A DNA stretch of 64,000 bases from Burkholderiales bacterium (GCA_035275265.1 DATENC010000017.1:6442-70441); one strand, 5' to 3'. Positions 1 through 11,014 are shown, counted from the first letter of the stretch. Translations and numbers: made by a program. Notes: generated by a model not told the origin, from the sequence alone.

Positions 1-1596
1 TGCGCGCCGCAGCTCGCCAAGCAGCGACAGTTGGCTTGGCCTACCCTGCTCGAAGCTCGGGTCGTAGTACGTGTAGCCGGTGTTGTTTCTCTTGGCGACG
101 TACATTGCGATGTCGGCGCGCCGCATCAGCACGATAGTATCGTCGCCATTTTCGGGAAAGCCGGCAATTCCAATGCTGATGCCAAGATCGATTGGCTGGC
201 CCTGCATAAGGATAGGTTCTTCCAGCGCCCTTTGAATACGTTCCGCCACAATGCCTACCCGTTCGGTGCCGCTGGTCGGCAATAGAACGGCGAACTCGTC
301 GCCGCCGAAACGTGCCACGGTGTCCGAATCACGCAGAAGTTTGCGCAGCCGTCGAGCCACTTCCTGCAACACCATGTCCCCGACCGGGTGACCGAGGCCT
401 TCGTTGATGAGTTTGAAACGATCGAGGTCCATGATCAGGACCGATACCGGTCCGCCGTTGCGTTGGGCGATCTTGATGGCCTGGTCGAGGCGGTCGCTGA
501 ACATGGCGCGGTTTGGCAGGCCGGTAAGCGTGTCCTCATATGCCAGGCGCAGGATTTTCGTTTCGCGCTCGAAGATGCGCTCGAGCATGTGATTGAAACT
601 CTCGGCCAGGTCTCCGATTTCGCCCTGTAACCCTCCTTCCGCTTTCTGGGAGTAGTCGCCGTCACGGATCTTGCGAGCGACCCCTGCCAGGCGGTTGATC
701 GGGCCGGCGATGCTGCGGGCGATCAGCACGCTCCCGATAATCGACAGCACGATGCTTGCCAAGGCGAGCCACAACAGCGTATTGCGAAGCTCAACGAACG
801 GCGCCAGTCCTTCTCTCAACGGGCGTTGCAGAACGGCGGCTATTTCGCTATCGCCGAGCTCGTTCAATAACAACAGAAGGGTCTCGAAGTCTTCGCCGCC
901 TAGCGGCAATGTTGCTGTACCACGCATGCTGCCCAGGCTGCCGCCGAGTTCGCTGCGAGACACGGGAGGCAGTGTCGAAGCGTGCACGACCCACGTGCCG
1001 CGGCCGGTGCGGGACAGAAAGGAAACCTGCAGTGCCGACAGCTCCTGCAGGTCGCGTGCTACAGCGTCGTCAACAACGAGGCCCGTCGCGACCCAGGCAA
1101 TCGGAAGCGGTGCCAGGGCCGGGACTACGACGAGCTGATAGGGGCGGCCGTCGATCAGTACTATGCTGGATGCCTTACCATCGCGCTGCGCAGTTTCGAT
1201 GAGTTCCGGGAAAGGAAAGCTCGCGTCCGCTGAAATTGCATTTAGCGTATCGGCAATCATCTTCTTGTCGAGATCCGCAAGCATCACGACGTTGGCGTGA
1301 ATGCGGCGGCCATGATTGGCGAGCGCCGAAGCAATGGTCGCCCGGTCGCGGGTGGCGATTGCATCGCGAAAAGCAAAATCAGCAGCGAGCACCGAGGCAG
1401 CCTGGGCCAGCTGCTGACTGTTCTGTTCGAGCAACCGCAGGAAGACGCGCTGGCCGACGGTGAGGTCTTCCGCGATCTGGGTTTTCGCAATTCGCTCGTT
1501 GGCTGCGCTGATAAGGACAAACGCCACGCCCTGCACCACGCATAGAAGCAGTACGAAAAAAACAACGATGCGGGTTTGCAGACTTCGCAGAAGCAA
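1..1596 (-). CDS. Membrane-bound c-di-GMP enzyme: TM-periplasmic sensor-TM-HAMP-GGDEF, probably followed by EAL; runs off the left edge
   Basis: Not in the ORF track (no stop in window). Read manually from TTG at 1596: MLLRSLQTRIVVFFVLLLCVVQGV...; HAMP-like IAGPINRLAGVARKIRDGDY; YEDTLTGLPNR; RDSDTVARFGGDEF at ~290-335 with intact RxxD I-site; ends SLLGELRRA, typical GGDEF-EAL junction. Confidence 0.9.
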   Translation of the reverse strand, partial: MLLRSLQTRIVVFFVLLLCVVQGVAFVLISAANERIAKTQIAEDLTVGQRVFLRLLEQNSQQLAQAASVLAADFAFRDAIATRDRATIASALANHGRRIHANVVMLADLDKKMIADTLNAISADASFPFPELIETAQRDGKASSIVLIDGRPYQLVVVPALAPLPIAWVATGLVVDDAVARDLQELSALQVSFLSRTGRGTWVVHASTLPPVSRSELGGSLGSMRGTATLPLGGEDFETLLLLLNELGDSEIAAVLQRPLREGLAPFVELRNTLLWLALASIVLSIIGSVLIARSIAGPINRLAGVARKIRDGDYSQKAEGGLQGEIGDLAESFNHMLERIFERETKILRLAYEDTLTGLPNRAMFSDRLDQAIKIAQRNGGPVSVLIMDLDRFKLINEGLGHPVGDMVLQEVARRLRKLLRDSDTVARFGGDEFAVLLPTSGTERVGIVAERIQRALEEPILMQGQPIDLGISIGIAGFPENGDDTIVLMRRADIAMYVAKRNNTGYTYYDPSFEQGRPSQLSLLGELRRA

Positions 1597-1602
1597 GGGA
1601 AC

Positions 1603-2229
1603 CTATTCTTTGGCGGGTGCGGACTGGGGGGGCGAAAGTTCGAGCTGGAACTCGGCATTTTCCGTCATACTCTCCGTGAGCTTGATGGCGCGCGGACGGA
1701 ACTCGGACTTGGAATGGGGATGCCAGATACGCAACTCGTACTCGCCCGCCGGAAGGCCGTCGAGCCTGGCCGTGCCGGTCTTGCCGGTCTTCACAAAGTA
1801 AGGCGTATCGAAGACGTATATGTATCCGACCATCCAGTCGTGAATGTTGCAGCCGAGCACGACCACACCGGGCTTGTCGAAAATAACCGGTTTGGACGGC
1901 GTGCCCGAATAGAGTTTCAACTGGAAAACCTTGGCCGGTGAAAACGAATAGACGTGATGCCTGATGTTGTCCTTGTTTGGAAAGCTTACCGCAGCACCGA
2001 GTTGAACCGGCACCACCAGCGGCAGGAACTCCTTGTTGGCCTGATCCATAACGCCGGGCCGTGGCGCTACCGCAGTATTCGCGCCCGTCGGCAGGAGGTA
2101 GACCACGGCCTCGAAGACCGGAGCACCGCCGGAATCGGCGACCGTTGCGATCACGCTTGCGGCGGCGGCGTCGCCGCAAGCGATCGCCAGCAGCACGCAA
2201 AGGTAATGAGGCGCCGAAGTCGTCCGCAT
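1603..2229 (-). CDS. Exported cupredoxin-like protein with carboxypeptidase-regulatory-like domain (often labelled 'methylamine utilization protein')
   Basis: Signal peptide; FPNKDNIRHHVYSFS and GCNIHDWM (His, Cys-x2-His-x2-Met type-1 Cu ligand pattern). Confidence 0.8.
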   Translation of the reverse strand: MRTTSAPHYLCVLLAIACGDAAAASVIATVADSGGAPVFEAVVYLLPTGANTAVAPRPGVMDQANKEFLPLVVPVQLGAAVSFPNKDNIRHHVYSFSPAKVFQLKLYSGTPSKPVIFDKPGVVVLGCNIHDWMVGYIYVFDTPYFVKTGKTGTARLDGLPAGEYELRIWHPHSKSEFRPRAIKLTESMTENAEFQLELSPPQSAPAKE

Positions 2230-2243
2230 TTGCCGATCGTGAT

Positions 2244-2672
2244 TTACTTGGTAACGATGTCGCGTTTCATCGGTGCAAGCAGTTTGAGCAGTTCATTCTT
2301 TTCCCGCAAGCCGACTCCGTTGGCATCGAGCGCTGCAATCAGGTTCTCGACGAGGCCATTGAACTCCGCGTCGGTGATGTCCAGTCCTGCGTGCACAACT
2401 TTCATGTCATCGCCCATGTATTTGCAAGGCCCACCTGCGATCGCACAGAACTGTTCGTTGAGCATTTCCTGAGTTCGCTTGACGTTGATTTTCTGGAACG
2501 ATCGTTTGGTGCGTGGATCCACCCGGTTGCGCTGAATCAACTCGTCGATCACCCGCGCAACGACCGGGGCGCCGCCCATGCGGTCATAGAGGCTTTCCGC
2601 CGCGACGACAGAAGGCGCCGACGTGGTGGCCGCTACGAAAACCAGAAACAGGCCTTGGAAAGTCCTGTTCAT
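2244..2672 (-). CDS. Group I truncated haemoglobin with N-terminal signal peptide
   Basis: MNRTFQGLFLVFVAATTSAPSVVAAE then SLYDRMGG, GGPCKYMG, MKVVHAGLDITDAEF (proximal His); start moved to ATG at 2672. Confidence 0.88.
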   Translation of the reverse strand: MNRTFQGLFLVFVAATTSAPSVVAAESLYDRMGGAPVVARVIDELIQRNRVDPRTKRSFQKINVKRTQEMLNEQFCAIAGGPCKYMGDDMKVVHAGLDITDAEFNGLVENLIAALDANGVGLREKNELLKLLAPMKRDIVTK

Positions 2673-2703
2673 CAGTGGGTATACTTCACGTAACGAGGGG
2701 CAG

Positions 2704-3594
2704 ATGGATCGAATGTTAAGCCTAATTGCGCCGGCCGGGACACATCTCGTTGTCATGCTTCTGCTGTTTGCCGGTGTGGCGCGGGCCGACTTTTTGCCAG
2801 AACCGGGGGGCAGACTGCTTGCAACCGGCGGCGTCACCCAGATCGAGGGTGCGGCCGGTGGCGGCCTGGTGCCCTGGGCGCTGATCGCCGGTTACGGCAC
2901 TCGCGACCAGGTCGGGCTTACTGTTTACTACACCGCTGCTGATCCGACGGACTTTCGTCTGCGTGCAGCCGGGTTGTCGATCGGAATACATGACCGGTTC
3001 GAGTTGTCCGTGGCACAGCAGCGTTTCGGCTTGGGCAGCACCGTGCCTGGTGAGTTCATCAACCAGGACCTGATCGGCCTGAAAGTCAGGCTCCTCGGTG
3101 ACGCAGTTTTCGATCAGGACCGCTGGTGGCCCCAGGTGGCGGCGGGCCTCATGTACAAACGCAATGGGGACATGTCGGTGCCGCGGCTCCTTGGTGCCAA
3201 ACGCGAATCCGACACGGATTTCTACATTGCCGCGACCAAACTGTATCTCGCCGGGCTGTTCGGCCGGAACGTACTGTTGAACCTGACGCTGCGTGGAACG
3301 CGAGCCAACCAACTCGGGCTGCTTGGCTTCGGCGGGGACAAGAACGACGACTATCAGGTAATGGGGGAGGTATCGGCGGGCGTATTCCTGCACGATCGGG
3401 TCCTGCTGGGGACGGAGTATCGGCAGAAGCCGGACAATCTCAGTGCATTTCGCGAGCAAGACTTCTACGACGTTTTTGTCGCCTTCCTGCCTACGAAACG
3501 CGCGTCGATCACGGCAGCCTACGTGCAACTCGGCCAGATCGCCGACAAACAAGACCAGGACGCGCTGTACCTGTCGCTCCAACTGAGTTTTTGA
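2704..3594 (+). CDS. DUF3034-family predicted outer-membrane beta-barrel protein
   Basis: GRLLATGGVTQIEGAAGGGLVPWALIAGYG motif; alternating beta-strand pattern; C-terminal LYLSLQLSF beta-signal; start 2704 or 2713. Confidence 0.8.
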   Translation: MDRMLSLIAPAGTHLVVMLLLFAGVARADFLPEPGGRLLATGGVTQIEGAAGGGLVPWALIAGYGTRDQVGLTVYYTAADPTDFRLRAAGLSIGIHDRFELSVAQQRFGLGSTVPGEFINQDLIGLKVRLLGDAVFDQDRWWPQVAAGLMYKRNGDMSVPRLLGAKRESDTDFYIAATKLYLAGLFGRNVLLNLTLRGTRANQLGLLGFGGDKNDDYQVMGEVSAGVFLHDRVLLGTEYRQKPDNLSAFREQDFYDVFVAFLPTKRASITAAYVQLGQIADKQDQDALYLSLQLSF

Positions 3595-3642
3595 AGACCT
3601 GTGCCCGTTACCTCACCCGTACCTCTGCGACAAGAAAAATTC

Positions 3643-4059
3643 TCAGTTTTCAGGCTGCTGAATTGCGAAGACACCTGAAACTCGGGCGATGCGGGCGTCA
3701 CCGACGTGGAGATAGGCGTTCGCGAAGGCCAACGTCCTGCCTATTTTCTGGATGTCCACACGTGCCTCGATCCAGTCGCCGAGTTTGGCGCTGCCCGCGA
3801 AGTCGGCAGACAGGTTCGACGTAATTGCGCTGATCGGCGGTTCCCGGGTTGTGGCCATGGCGTAGCCAAGGGCAATGTCCGCGAGCGTCATGAGTACGCC
3901 GCCGTGGACTAGCGCGCGTGCGTTCATATGGTGTTCGAGTGCACGCAGACCGACCACCATTCCGGCGCCTTTGCCTTTTGAGTAGAGCGGTCCGACCCGA
4001 TCCAGAAATGGACTGCTGCGAAACAGCGGGGCGAAACCCTCGGCGGGTCTTGTGCTCAT
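3643..4059 (-). CDS. PaaI-family hotdog thioesterase
   Basis: HMNARALVHGGVLMTLAD motif; GGAGG RBS before MSTRP start. Confidence 0.85.
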   Translation of the reverse strand: MSTRPAEGFAPLFRSSPFLDRVGPLYSKGKGAGMVVGLRALEHHMNARALVHGGVLMTLADIALGYAMATTREPPISAITSNLSADFAGSAKLGDWIEARVDIQKIGRTLAFANAYLHVGDARIARVSGVFAIQQPEN

Positions 4060-4185
4060 TTGAGCCTCCATGCGTGACCGGGGAAGATCGGACCGAAGTT
4101 TGGGGACAATTGCCGGCCGAAGCAATAAAATCGGAACGGTGTCGTTCGAAGCGGCGCTACGCCTGAGAGAGGTGCCGGGCAAGCC

Positions 4186-5142
4186 ATGCTTTCCGAGTTC
4201 GATCTCATCACCAGGTATTTCAATCGTCCTACGCGGCATACGGTGCTGGGGGTAGGTGATGACGCTGCGCTGCTTGCGTTGACGTCCGGTCACGAGCTCG
4301 CCGCTTCGACCGACACCATGGTCGAAGGCGTGCACTTTTTCCCCGACGTGGAGCCCGACTCGCTTGGGCACAAGGCGCTTGCGGTCAATTTGTCCGACCT
4401 GGCGGCAATGGGAGCGACGCCGAAGTGGGCGATGCTGGCACTGACGGTACCGAAGGTCGACGAAACCTGGCTCGAAAGTTTTGCGCGAGGGTTCTTTACG
4501 CTTGCGGCAGACCACAAGGTAGACCTGATCGGCGGCGATACCGCGCGCGGACCGTGCAACATCTGCGTTCAGGTCATGGGTGAAGTCCAGAACGGTCAAG
4601 CTCTACGTCGCGACGGCGCCAGAGTCGGCGACGATGTCTGGGTTTCGGGGCATCTCGGCGATGCCGCCGCTGCGGTGGCCCACCGCAAGGGCGACCTCAG
4701 GTTGCGCGGCTCGTTACTGGCGCACTGCATTGCGCGATTGGACAGGCCGATGCCACGCGTGGCATTAGGGCGGATGTTGGTCGGCATGGCCAACAGCGCA
4801 ATCGACATCTCCGATGGACTGGTTGCCGACTTGGGACACATCTGCGAACGCTCCGGTGTCGGTGCGGCGATCGAGTTCGCGGCAATACCGTGCTCGGCGG
4901 AACTGATGCCGTTGCGAGGCCAGGCGTTGGTGACGAAGGCGATCTTGTCCGGCGGTGACGACTACGAACTGTGCTTCACCGCGGTTGCGGGACGCAAGAC
5001 TGAAATCGAGGCGTTGTCGGGTCGTTTGGGATTGGCGTTGACCCGCATTGGCAAGATCGTGGCGGGCAACGGTGTCATCGTCAAAGACCAGGCCGGAAAG
5101 CGATTGAGCGCAAAGGATGGAGGCTTCGATCACTTCCGCTGA
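4186..5142 (+). CDS. thiL: Thiamine-phosphate kinase
   Basis: MLSEFDLITRYF, GVGDDAA, AVNLSDLAAMGA, AIDISDGL, GGDDYEL. Confidence 0.96.
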   Translation: MLSEFDLITRYFNRPTRHTVLGVGDDAALLALTSGHELAASTDTMVEGVHFFPDVEPDSLGHKALAVNLSDLAAMGATPKWAMLALTVPKVDETWLESFARGFFTLAADHKVDLIGGDTARGPCNICVQVMGEVQNGQALRRDGARVGDDVWVSGHLGDAAAAVAHRKGDLRLRGSLLAHCIARLDRPMPRVALGRMLVGMANSAIDISDGLVADLGHICERSGVGAAIEFAAIPCSAELMPLRGQALVTKAILSGGDDYELCFTAVAGRKTEIEALSGRLGLALTRIGKIVAGNGVIVKDQAGKRLSAKDGGFDHFR

Positions 5143-5629
5143 AGCTTACGGGCGGCCGTCGCTGCGATTCGTGGTTTCGCACCCGGCGCATTTCATCGCG
5201 TTCGGTTTCGGCGTCGGCCTGTCTCCGGTCGCGCCCGGTACCTTCGGCACTTTGCTGGCGATGCCGATGTACGCCTGGCTTGCGCCGCGCCTCGACAATC
5301 AGCAATACCTGCTGCTGCTTGCGGGAATGTTCATCGCCGGGGCGTGGGCCTGCGATGTCAGCGGCAAAAGACTGGGTGTGCACGATCACGGCGGCATGGT
5401 GTGGGACGAAGTCACCGCGTTTCTCGCAGTGCTGTTCTTTACGCCGGCGACGCTGTTATGGCAGATGTCCGCGTTCCTGTTGTTTCGCCTGTTCGATATT
5501 GCCAAACCGGTGCCGATACGCCAGTTCGACCGCAATGTTCGCAACGGACTGGGTGTGATGCTCGACGATATGCTGGCGGCCTTCTATGCGTTGCTGTGTC
5601 TGGCCGGGTGGAAGTTTCTTTTCGGGTAG
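5117..5629 (+). CDS. pgpA: Phosphatidylglycerophosphatase A
   Basis: GFGVGLSPVAPGTFGT, HDHGGMVWDE, FRLFDIAKPVPI, GVMLDD. Confidence 0.94.
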   Translation: MEASITSAEAYGRPSLRFVVSHPAHFIAFGFGVGLSPVAPGTFGTLLAMPMYAWLAPRLDNQQYLLLLAGMFIAGAWACDVSGKRLGVHDHGGMVWDEVTAFLAVLFFTPATLLWQMSAFLLFRLFDIAKPVPIRQFDRNVRNGLGVMLDDMLAAFYALLCLAGWKFLFG

Positions 5630-5632
5630 ACC

Positions 5633-6127
5633 ATGGACGCTGAGCTTTACGCACTGGCGGGCAAAGTCGGCGATGCACTGAAGGTGCGCAAGCTGATGCT
5701 GGCAACGGCGGAATCGTGCACCGGCGGCTGGATCGGTCAGGTTGTCACCATGGTGCCGGGCAGCTCGAACTGGTTCGACCGCGGTTTCGTCACTTATACC
5801 AACGACGCCAAGCGCGAGATGCTGGGCGTGCGTGCGGCGACATTGAAGAAGTTCGGAGCGGTTTCCGAGCAGACCGTGCGCGCGATGATCAAAGGCGCGC
5901 TGTCGCATAGCAAAGCTCACGTGGCGCTGGCGGTCAGCGGCATCGCCGGTCCGGACGGCGGCTCGCCCGGCAAGCCGGTTGGCACGGTATGCCTGGCTTG
6001 GGGCAAGAAAAAAGGAGCGCCACCGCACAGCGTGATGCGATATTACGCGGGAGACCGCGATGCAGTGCGCAGGCAGTCCGTTATCGACGCGCTGGAGGGT
6101 CTGCTTGCGCTGCTCGAAGCGCACTGA
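5633..6127 (+). CDS. pncC: CinA C-terminal / NMN amidohydrolase (PncC)
   Basis: [34 protein letters not shown]. Confidence 0.9.
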   Translation: MDAELYALAGKVGDALKVRKLMLATAESCTGGWIGQVVTMVPGSSNWFDRGFVTYTNDAKREMLGVRAATLKKFGAVSEQTVRAMIKGALSHSKAHVALAVSGIAGPDGGSPGKPVGTVCLAWGKKKGAPPHSVMRYYAGDRDAVRRQSVIDALEGLLALLEAH

Positions 6128-6224
6128 GTTACCGGCCCGGATGTCTGAAGGCCGGGAGATTTCCGCATTCGGACGGCCCAGTGCGTTATGCGATAATGGC
6201 CGCTTCAAAAAAGAGGTGAATCGC

Positions 6225-7247
<1,023 letters not shown>

Positions 7248-7256
7248 AGCGCCAAC

Positions 7257-7712
7257 TTGGCCAACGCTCCCAGTTTCAGCCTGCGTGCACGGGCACTGAA
7301 GACGCTGGGGCGGCGCGAACACTCGCGTCGGGAGTTGCAGGCCAAGCTCCAACCGTTTGCTGAAAACCCGGACGAACTCGACACACTGCTGGACGAACTG
7401 GAAAAGCGCGCCTGGCTATCGGAGGCGCGTTTCGTCGAGCAGTTGACGACCACGAGGCGGCGCAAGTTCGGTGCCGCACGCATCGTTCATGAACTGCGCG
7501 AGAAGGGGGTCTCGGACGACGCGATCTCCGCAGCGCAAGCGCAGTTGAAGGCGGGCGAAGTCGAAGCGGCGCGGGCGGTGTGGACGAAGAAGTTCGGCAA
7601 ACTGCCACGGTCGCTGCAGGAGCGTGGCAAGCAGGCGCGTTTTCTGGCCAGCCGGGGATTTTCCGCCGAAATTGTGCATCAGGTGCTCAAGGACGGCAAC
7701 GAACGGGAATGA
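7257..7712 (+). CDS. recX: Regulatory protein RecX
   Basis: LGRREHSRRELQAKL, RFLASRGF; directly after recA. Confidence 0.92.
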   Translation: MANAPSFSLRARALKTLGRREHSRRELQAKLQPFAENPDELDTLLDELEKRAWLSEARFVEQLTTTRRRKFGAARIVHELREKGVSDDAISAAQAQLKAGEVEAARAVWTKKFGKLPRSLQERGKQARFLASRGFSAEIVHQVLKDGNERE

Positions 7713-7805
7713 AGCAGCTACGGCATCCGTGAATGAAATAGAATCCAAACAGGAAATGTCCGGATTCATTCCGACGAATTTCGACATCCAACGGTTATGC
7801 GGTCC

Positions 7806-10424
7806 ATGACAAGCAACGAAATCCGCCGTCGCTTCCTCGACTATTTCCAACGTCAGGGCCACACGATCGTCCCCTCCAGCCCGCTGGTTCCTGCCAACGA
7901 TCCGACGCTGTTGTTCACGAATGCGGGCATGGTGCAGTTCAAGGACGTGTTCCTCGGCAGGGAAAAGAGGCCGTACGCACGCGCCACCACCTCGCAGCGC
8001 TGCGTTCGCGCAGGCGGCAAGCACAACGACCTGGAGAACGTCGGCTACACCGCCCGGCACCACACCTTCTTCGAGATGCTGGGCAATTTCAGCTTCGGGG
8101 ACTACTTCAAGCGCGACGCGCTGCGCTTTGCCTGGGAACTGCTGACGAAGGAATTCGGGCTCGATCCCGCCCGTCTGTGGGTCACGGTGTATCAGACCGA
8201 CGACGAGGCCTACGACCTCTGGGCCAAGGATATCAAAGTGCCGAAGGAGCGCATCGCACGCATCGGCGATGTGCCCGGCGGAAGCAAATTCCAGAGCGAC
8301 AACTTCTGGCAAATGGGTGATACCGGTCCTTGCGGTCCATGCACCGAAATTTTCTATGACCATGGTCCTGGAATTCCCGGTGGCCCGCCTGGTACGCCAG
8401 ATGCGGACGGCGACCGCTACATCGAGATCTGGAACCTGGTGTTCATGCAGTTCAATCGCGACGAATCGGGGACGATGCACCCACTTCCCAAACCCTCGGT
8501 GGATACCGGCATGGGACTGGAGCGCATCGCCGCGGTGCTGCAAGGCGTGCACAGCAACTACGAGATCGACCTGTTCCGGGATCTGATCGCCGCTGCGGCC
8601 AGGGTCACCGCTGCGAAGGATCCTACTTCCAGTTCGCTGAACGTAATCGCCGACCATATCCGCGCTTGCGCCTTTCTGATCACGGACGGCGTGATTCCTG
8701 GCAACGAAGGCCGCGGCTACGTGCTCCGCCGGATCATTCGCCGCGCTATCCGTCACGGCTACAAACTCGGCCAGACCAAGCCGTTTTTCCACAAACTCGT
8801 CGGCGACCTGTCGCTTGTCATGGGCGAGGCTTTTCCGGAATTGCCGGCCGCGCAGGAACGGGTGACCGATGTACTGAAACAGGAGGAAGAGCGCTTCGCC
8901 GAGACGCTGGAAAACGGAATGAAGGTGCTCGAGAACGCGCTGCATCGCGAGGACCGGATGTTGGATGGCGAGACGGTGTTTCAGCTTTACGACACGTTCG
9001 GCTTCCCGGTCGATCTCACAGCCGACATTGCCCGCGAACGCGGCCTGATGATCGATCACGCAGGTTTTGAGTCGGCGATGCAAAAGCAGCGTGAACGCGC
9101 CCGTGCCGCCTCCAGGTTCACAGTGCACGCGGGAATGGATTACAGCGGTCAGGGTACCGAGTTTCACGGCTACGACACGCTGAATCTGGATGGCAAGATC
9201 GTGGCGCTCTACAAGGGTGGCACGCCGGTGCAGAGGATCGAGGCCGGCGACGATGCGGTGGCGGTGCTCGACCGCACGCCGTTCTACGCCGAGTCCGGAG
9301 GGCAGGTCGGTGACCTGGGCGAGATCACTTCCAGCAATGGCAGTTTCGCGGTGAACGATACGCAGAAAATCCAGGCGGAGGTGTTCGGCCACAAGGGCGT
9401 ACTCAAGGCCGGCCGTTTCGCGGTCGGCGATGCGGTCACCGCGCAGGTCAACCCGGTGACGCGTGCGCACGCGGCATACAATCATTCGGCCACCCACCTG
9501 ATGCACGCGGCGTTGCGCAAGGTACTCGGTCCGCACGTCACGCAAAAGGGCTCGCTGGTGGACGCCAACCGCACCCGCTTCGACTTTTCCCACCACGCGC
9601 CGATGACGGCGGAGCAGATCGGCGAGGTCGAGGAACTGGTGAATCGCGAGATCCGGAGCAATCATGCGGTCGAAACCCGGCGCATGAAGTACGACGAAGC
9701 GATCAAGGCCGGCGCGATGGCGCTATTCGGGGAAAAATACGGAGACGAAGTGCGAGTTCTGCGCATGGGCGATTTTTCCACTGAATTGTGCGGCGGCACC
9801 CACGTGCGGCGCACCGGCGACATCGGGTTCTTCAAGATCGTCTCCGAATCCGGGGTCGCCGCAGGCATTCGTCGGGTGGAAGCAGTGACCGCGCAAGGTG
9901 CGCTTGCCTGGGTTAAAGAGCAGGAAGCCAGGCTCGGTGAAGCGGCGCAGGTGCTGAAAGCCCAACCGCAGGAAATCCTGCAAAAGCTTGCCCAAGTGCT
10001 CGACAACGTAAAATCGCTGGAGAAGGAACTGGCCCGGCTCAAATCCCGCCTCGCCAGTTCGCAAGGCGATGACTTGGCCGCCCAAGCGGTCGCGATCGGG
10101 AAGGTGCGGGTCCTGGCAGCGAAACTCGACGGGGCGGACGTCAGGACACTGCGAGAAGCGATGGACAAGCTCAAGGACAAACTCAAGTCGGCAGCCATCG
10201 TGCTCGGCTCGGTCGAGGGCGACAGGGTCACCCTGATTGCCGGCGTGACAGACGATCTGACCGCCACGGTCAAGGCGGGTGAACTCGTGAACTACGTGGC
10301 GCAGCAGGTCGGCGGCAAAGGCGGCGGCCGCGCGGACATGGCGCAAGCTGGTGGCACGCAACCGGCGAAACTTTCGGATGCGTTGGCAAGCGTCGCCGAT
10401 TGGGTCAAACAAAAAGTGGCGTAG
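7806..10424 (+). CDS. alaS: Alanine--tRNA ligase
   Basis: [63 protein letters not shown]. Confidence 0.99.
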   Translation: MTSNEIRRRFLDYFQRQGHTIVPSSPLVPANDPTLLFTNAGMVQFKDVFLGREKRPYARATTSQRCVRAGGKHNDLENVGYTARHHTFFEMLGNFSFGDYFKRDALRFAWELLTKEFGLDPARLWVTVYQTDDEAYDLWAKDIKVPKERIARIGDVPGGSKFQSDNFWQMGDTGPCGPCTEIFYDHGPGIPGGPPGTPDADGDRYIEIWNLVFMQFNRDESGTMHPLPKPSVDTGMGLERIAAVLQGVHSNYEIDLFRDLIAAAARVTAAKDPTSSSLNVIADHIRACAFLITDGVIPGNEGRGYVLRRIIRRAIRHGYKLGQTKPFFHKLVGDLSLVMGEAFPELPAAQERVTDVLKQEEERFAETLENGMKVLENALHREDRMLDGETVFQLYDTFGFPVDLTADIARERGLMIDHAGFESAMQKQRERARAASRFTVHAGMDYSGQGTEFHGYDTLNLDGKIVALYKGGTPVQRIEAGDDAVAVLDRTPFYAESGGQVGDLGEITSSNGSFAVNDTQKIQAEVFGHKGVLKAGRFAVGDAVTAQVNPVTRAHAAYNHSATHLMHAALRKVLGPHVTQKGSLVDANRTRFDFSHHAPMTAEQIGEVEELVNREIRSNHAVETRRMKYDEAIKAGAMALFGEKYGDEVRVLRMGDFSTELCGGTHVRRTGDIGFFKIVSESGVAAGIRRVEAVTAQGALAWVKEQEARLGEAAQVLKAQPQEILQKLAQVLDNVKSLEKELARLKSRLASSQGDDLAAQAVAIGKVRVLAAKLDGADVRTLREAMDKLKDKLKSAAIVLGSVEGDRVTLIAGVTDDLTATVKAGELVNYVAQQVGGKGGGRADMAQAGGTQPAKLSDALASVADWVKQKVA

Positions 10425-10459
10425 GGCGCGGGCGGCGCCCGACCGATAAGGAGATGTTC

Positions 10460-11002
10460 ATGAGAAAAATTGCGACACTACTGATGGGCCTGGCTGCGGC
10501 GCTTTGGGCGGAAGGAGCCGCTGCGGATGCCAAGGATCTGGAGATCTTCCACAGCATCGCGATCGATGCGCCGGCCGACGAGGTGTGGGCCATGGCCGGC
10601 GACTTCGGCGGCATTCAGCGATGGTCTCCGGGAACCGAATCCAGCCGGCTTATTGTCCGTGATCGCAACGAGACCGGCGCTATCAGGCTGCTTCGCCGTC
10701 GCAGCGACGGCACCCAGGTCACGGAGAAATTGCTCGACTACGATCCGGCCAACCGTCGTATGGCCTACACTTACGTGGACGGCGTGGTAAGAGCCGCCGA
10801 CTATTTCTCCGAATTGCAGGTGAAAGATGCTGGTAACGGGCGGTCGCTCGTCGAGTGGCGCGGCCGCTTCAAGCGGTTGGCCTACTGGACCGACGATCCC
10901 CCCGCGGGCCAGGATGACAAGGCGGCGCTCGATTTTCTCAATGGCGCCTACAAGACCGGACTCGAGAATCTCAAGAAGGTCCTCGAAGCGAAGAACCGCT
11001 AG
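10460..11002 (+). CDS. Exported SRPBCC (polyketide cyclase 2) protein, MxaD-like
   Basis: Signal peptide; IAIDAPADEVWAMAGDFGGIQRW, EKLLDYD, VEWRGRFKR; AAGGAG RBS. Confidence 0.7.
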   Translation: MRKIATLLMGLAAALWAEGAAADAKDLEIFHSIAIDAPADEVWAMAGDFGGIQRWSPGTESSRLIVRDRNETGAIRLLRRRSDGTQVTEKLLDYDPANRRMAYTYVDGVVRAADYFSELQVKDAGNGRSLVEWRGRFKRLAYWTDDPPAGQDDKAALDFLNGAYKTGLENLKKVLEAKNR

Positions 11003-11014
11003 TACATCTGTGCG

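Noticed and set aside
1603-2229. Literal 'methylamine utilization' (Mau) function
   Set aside because: No mauA/B/D/E genes are present; the label is a propagated family name. Only the cupredoxin-type ligands are supported.
7416-9665. Long antisense ORFs (e.g. 749 aa opposite alaS; 447 aa opposite glnE; 511 aa opposite yhdP; 420 aa opposite tldD)
   Set aside because: These are shadow frames of high-GC genes with no recognisable motifs; the opposite strand carries clear conserved proteins.
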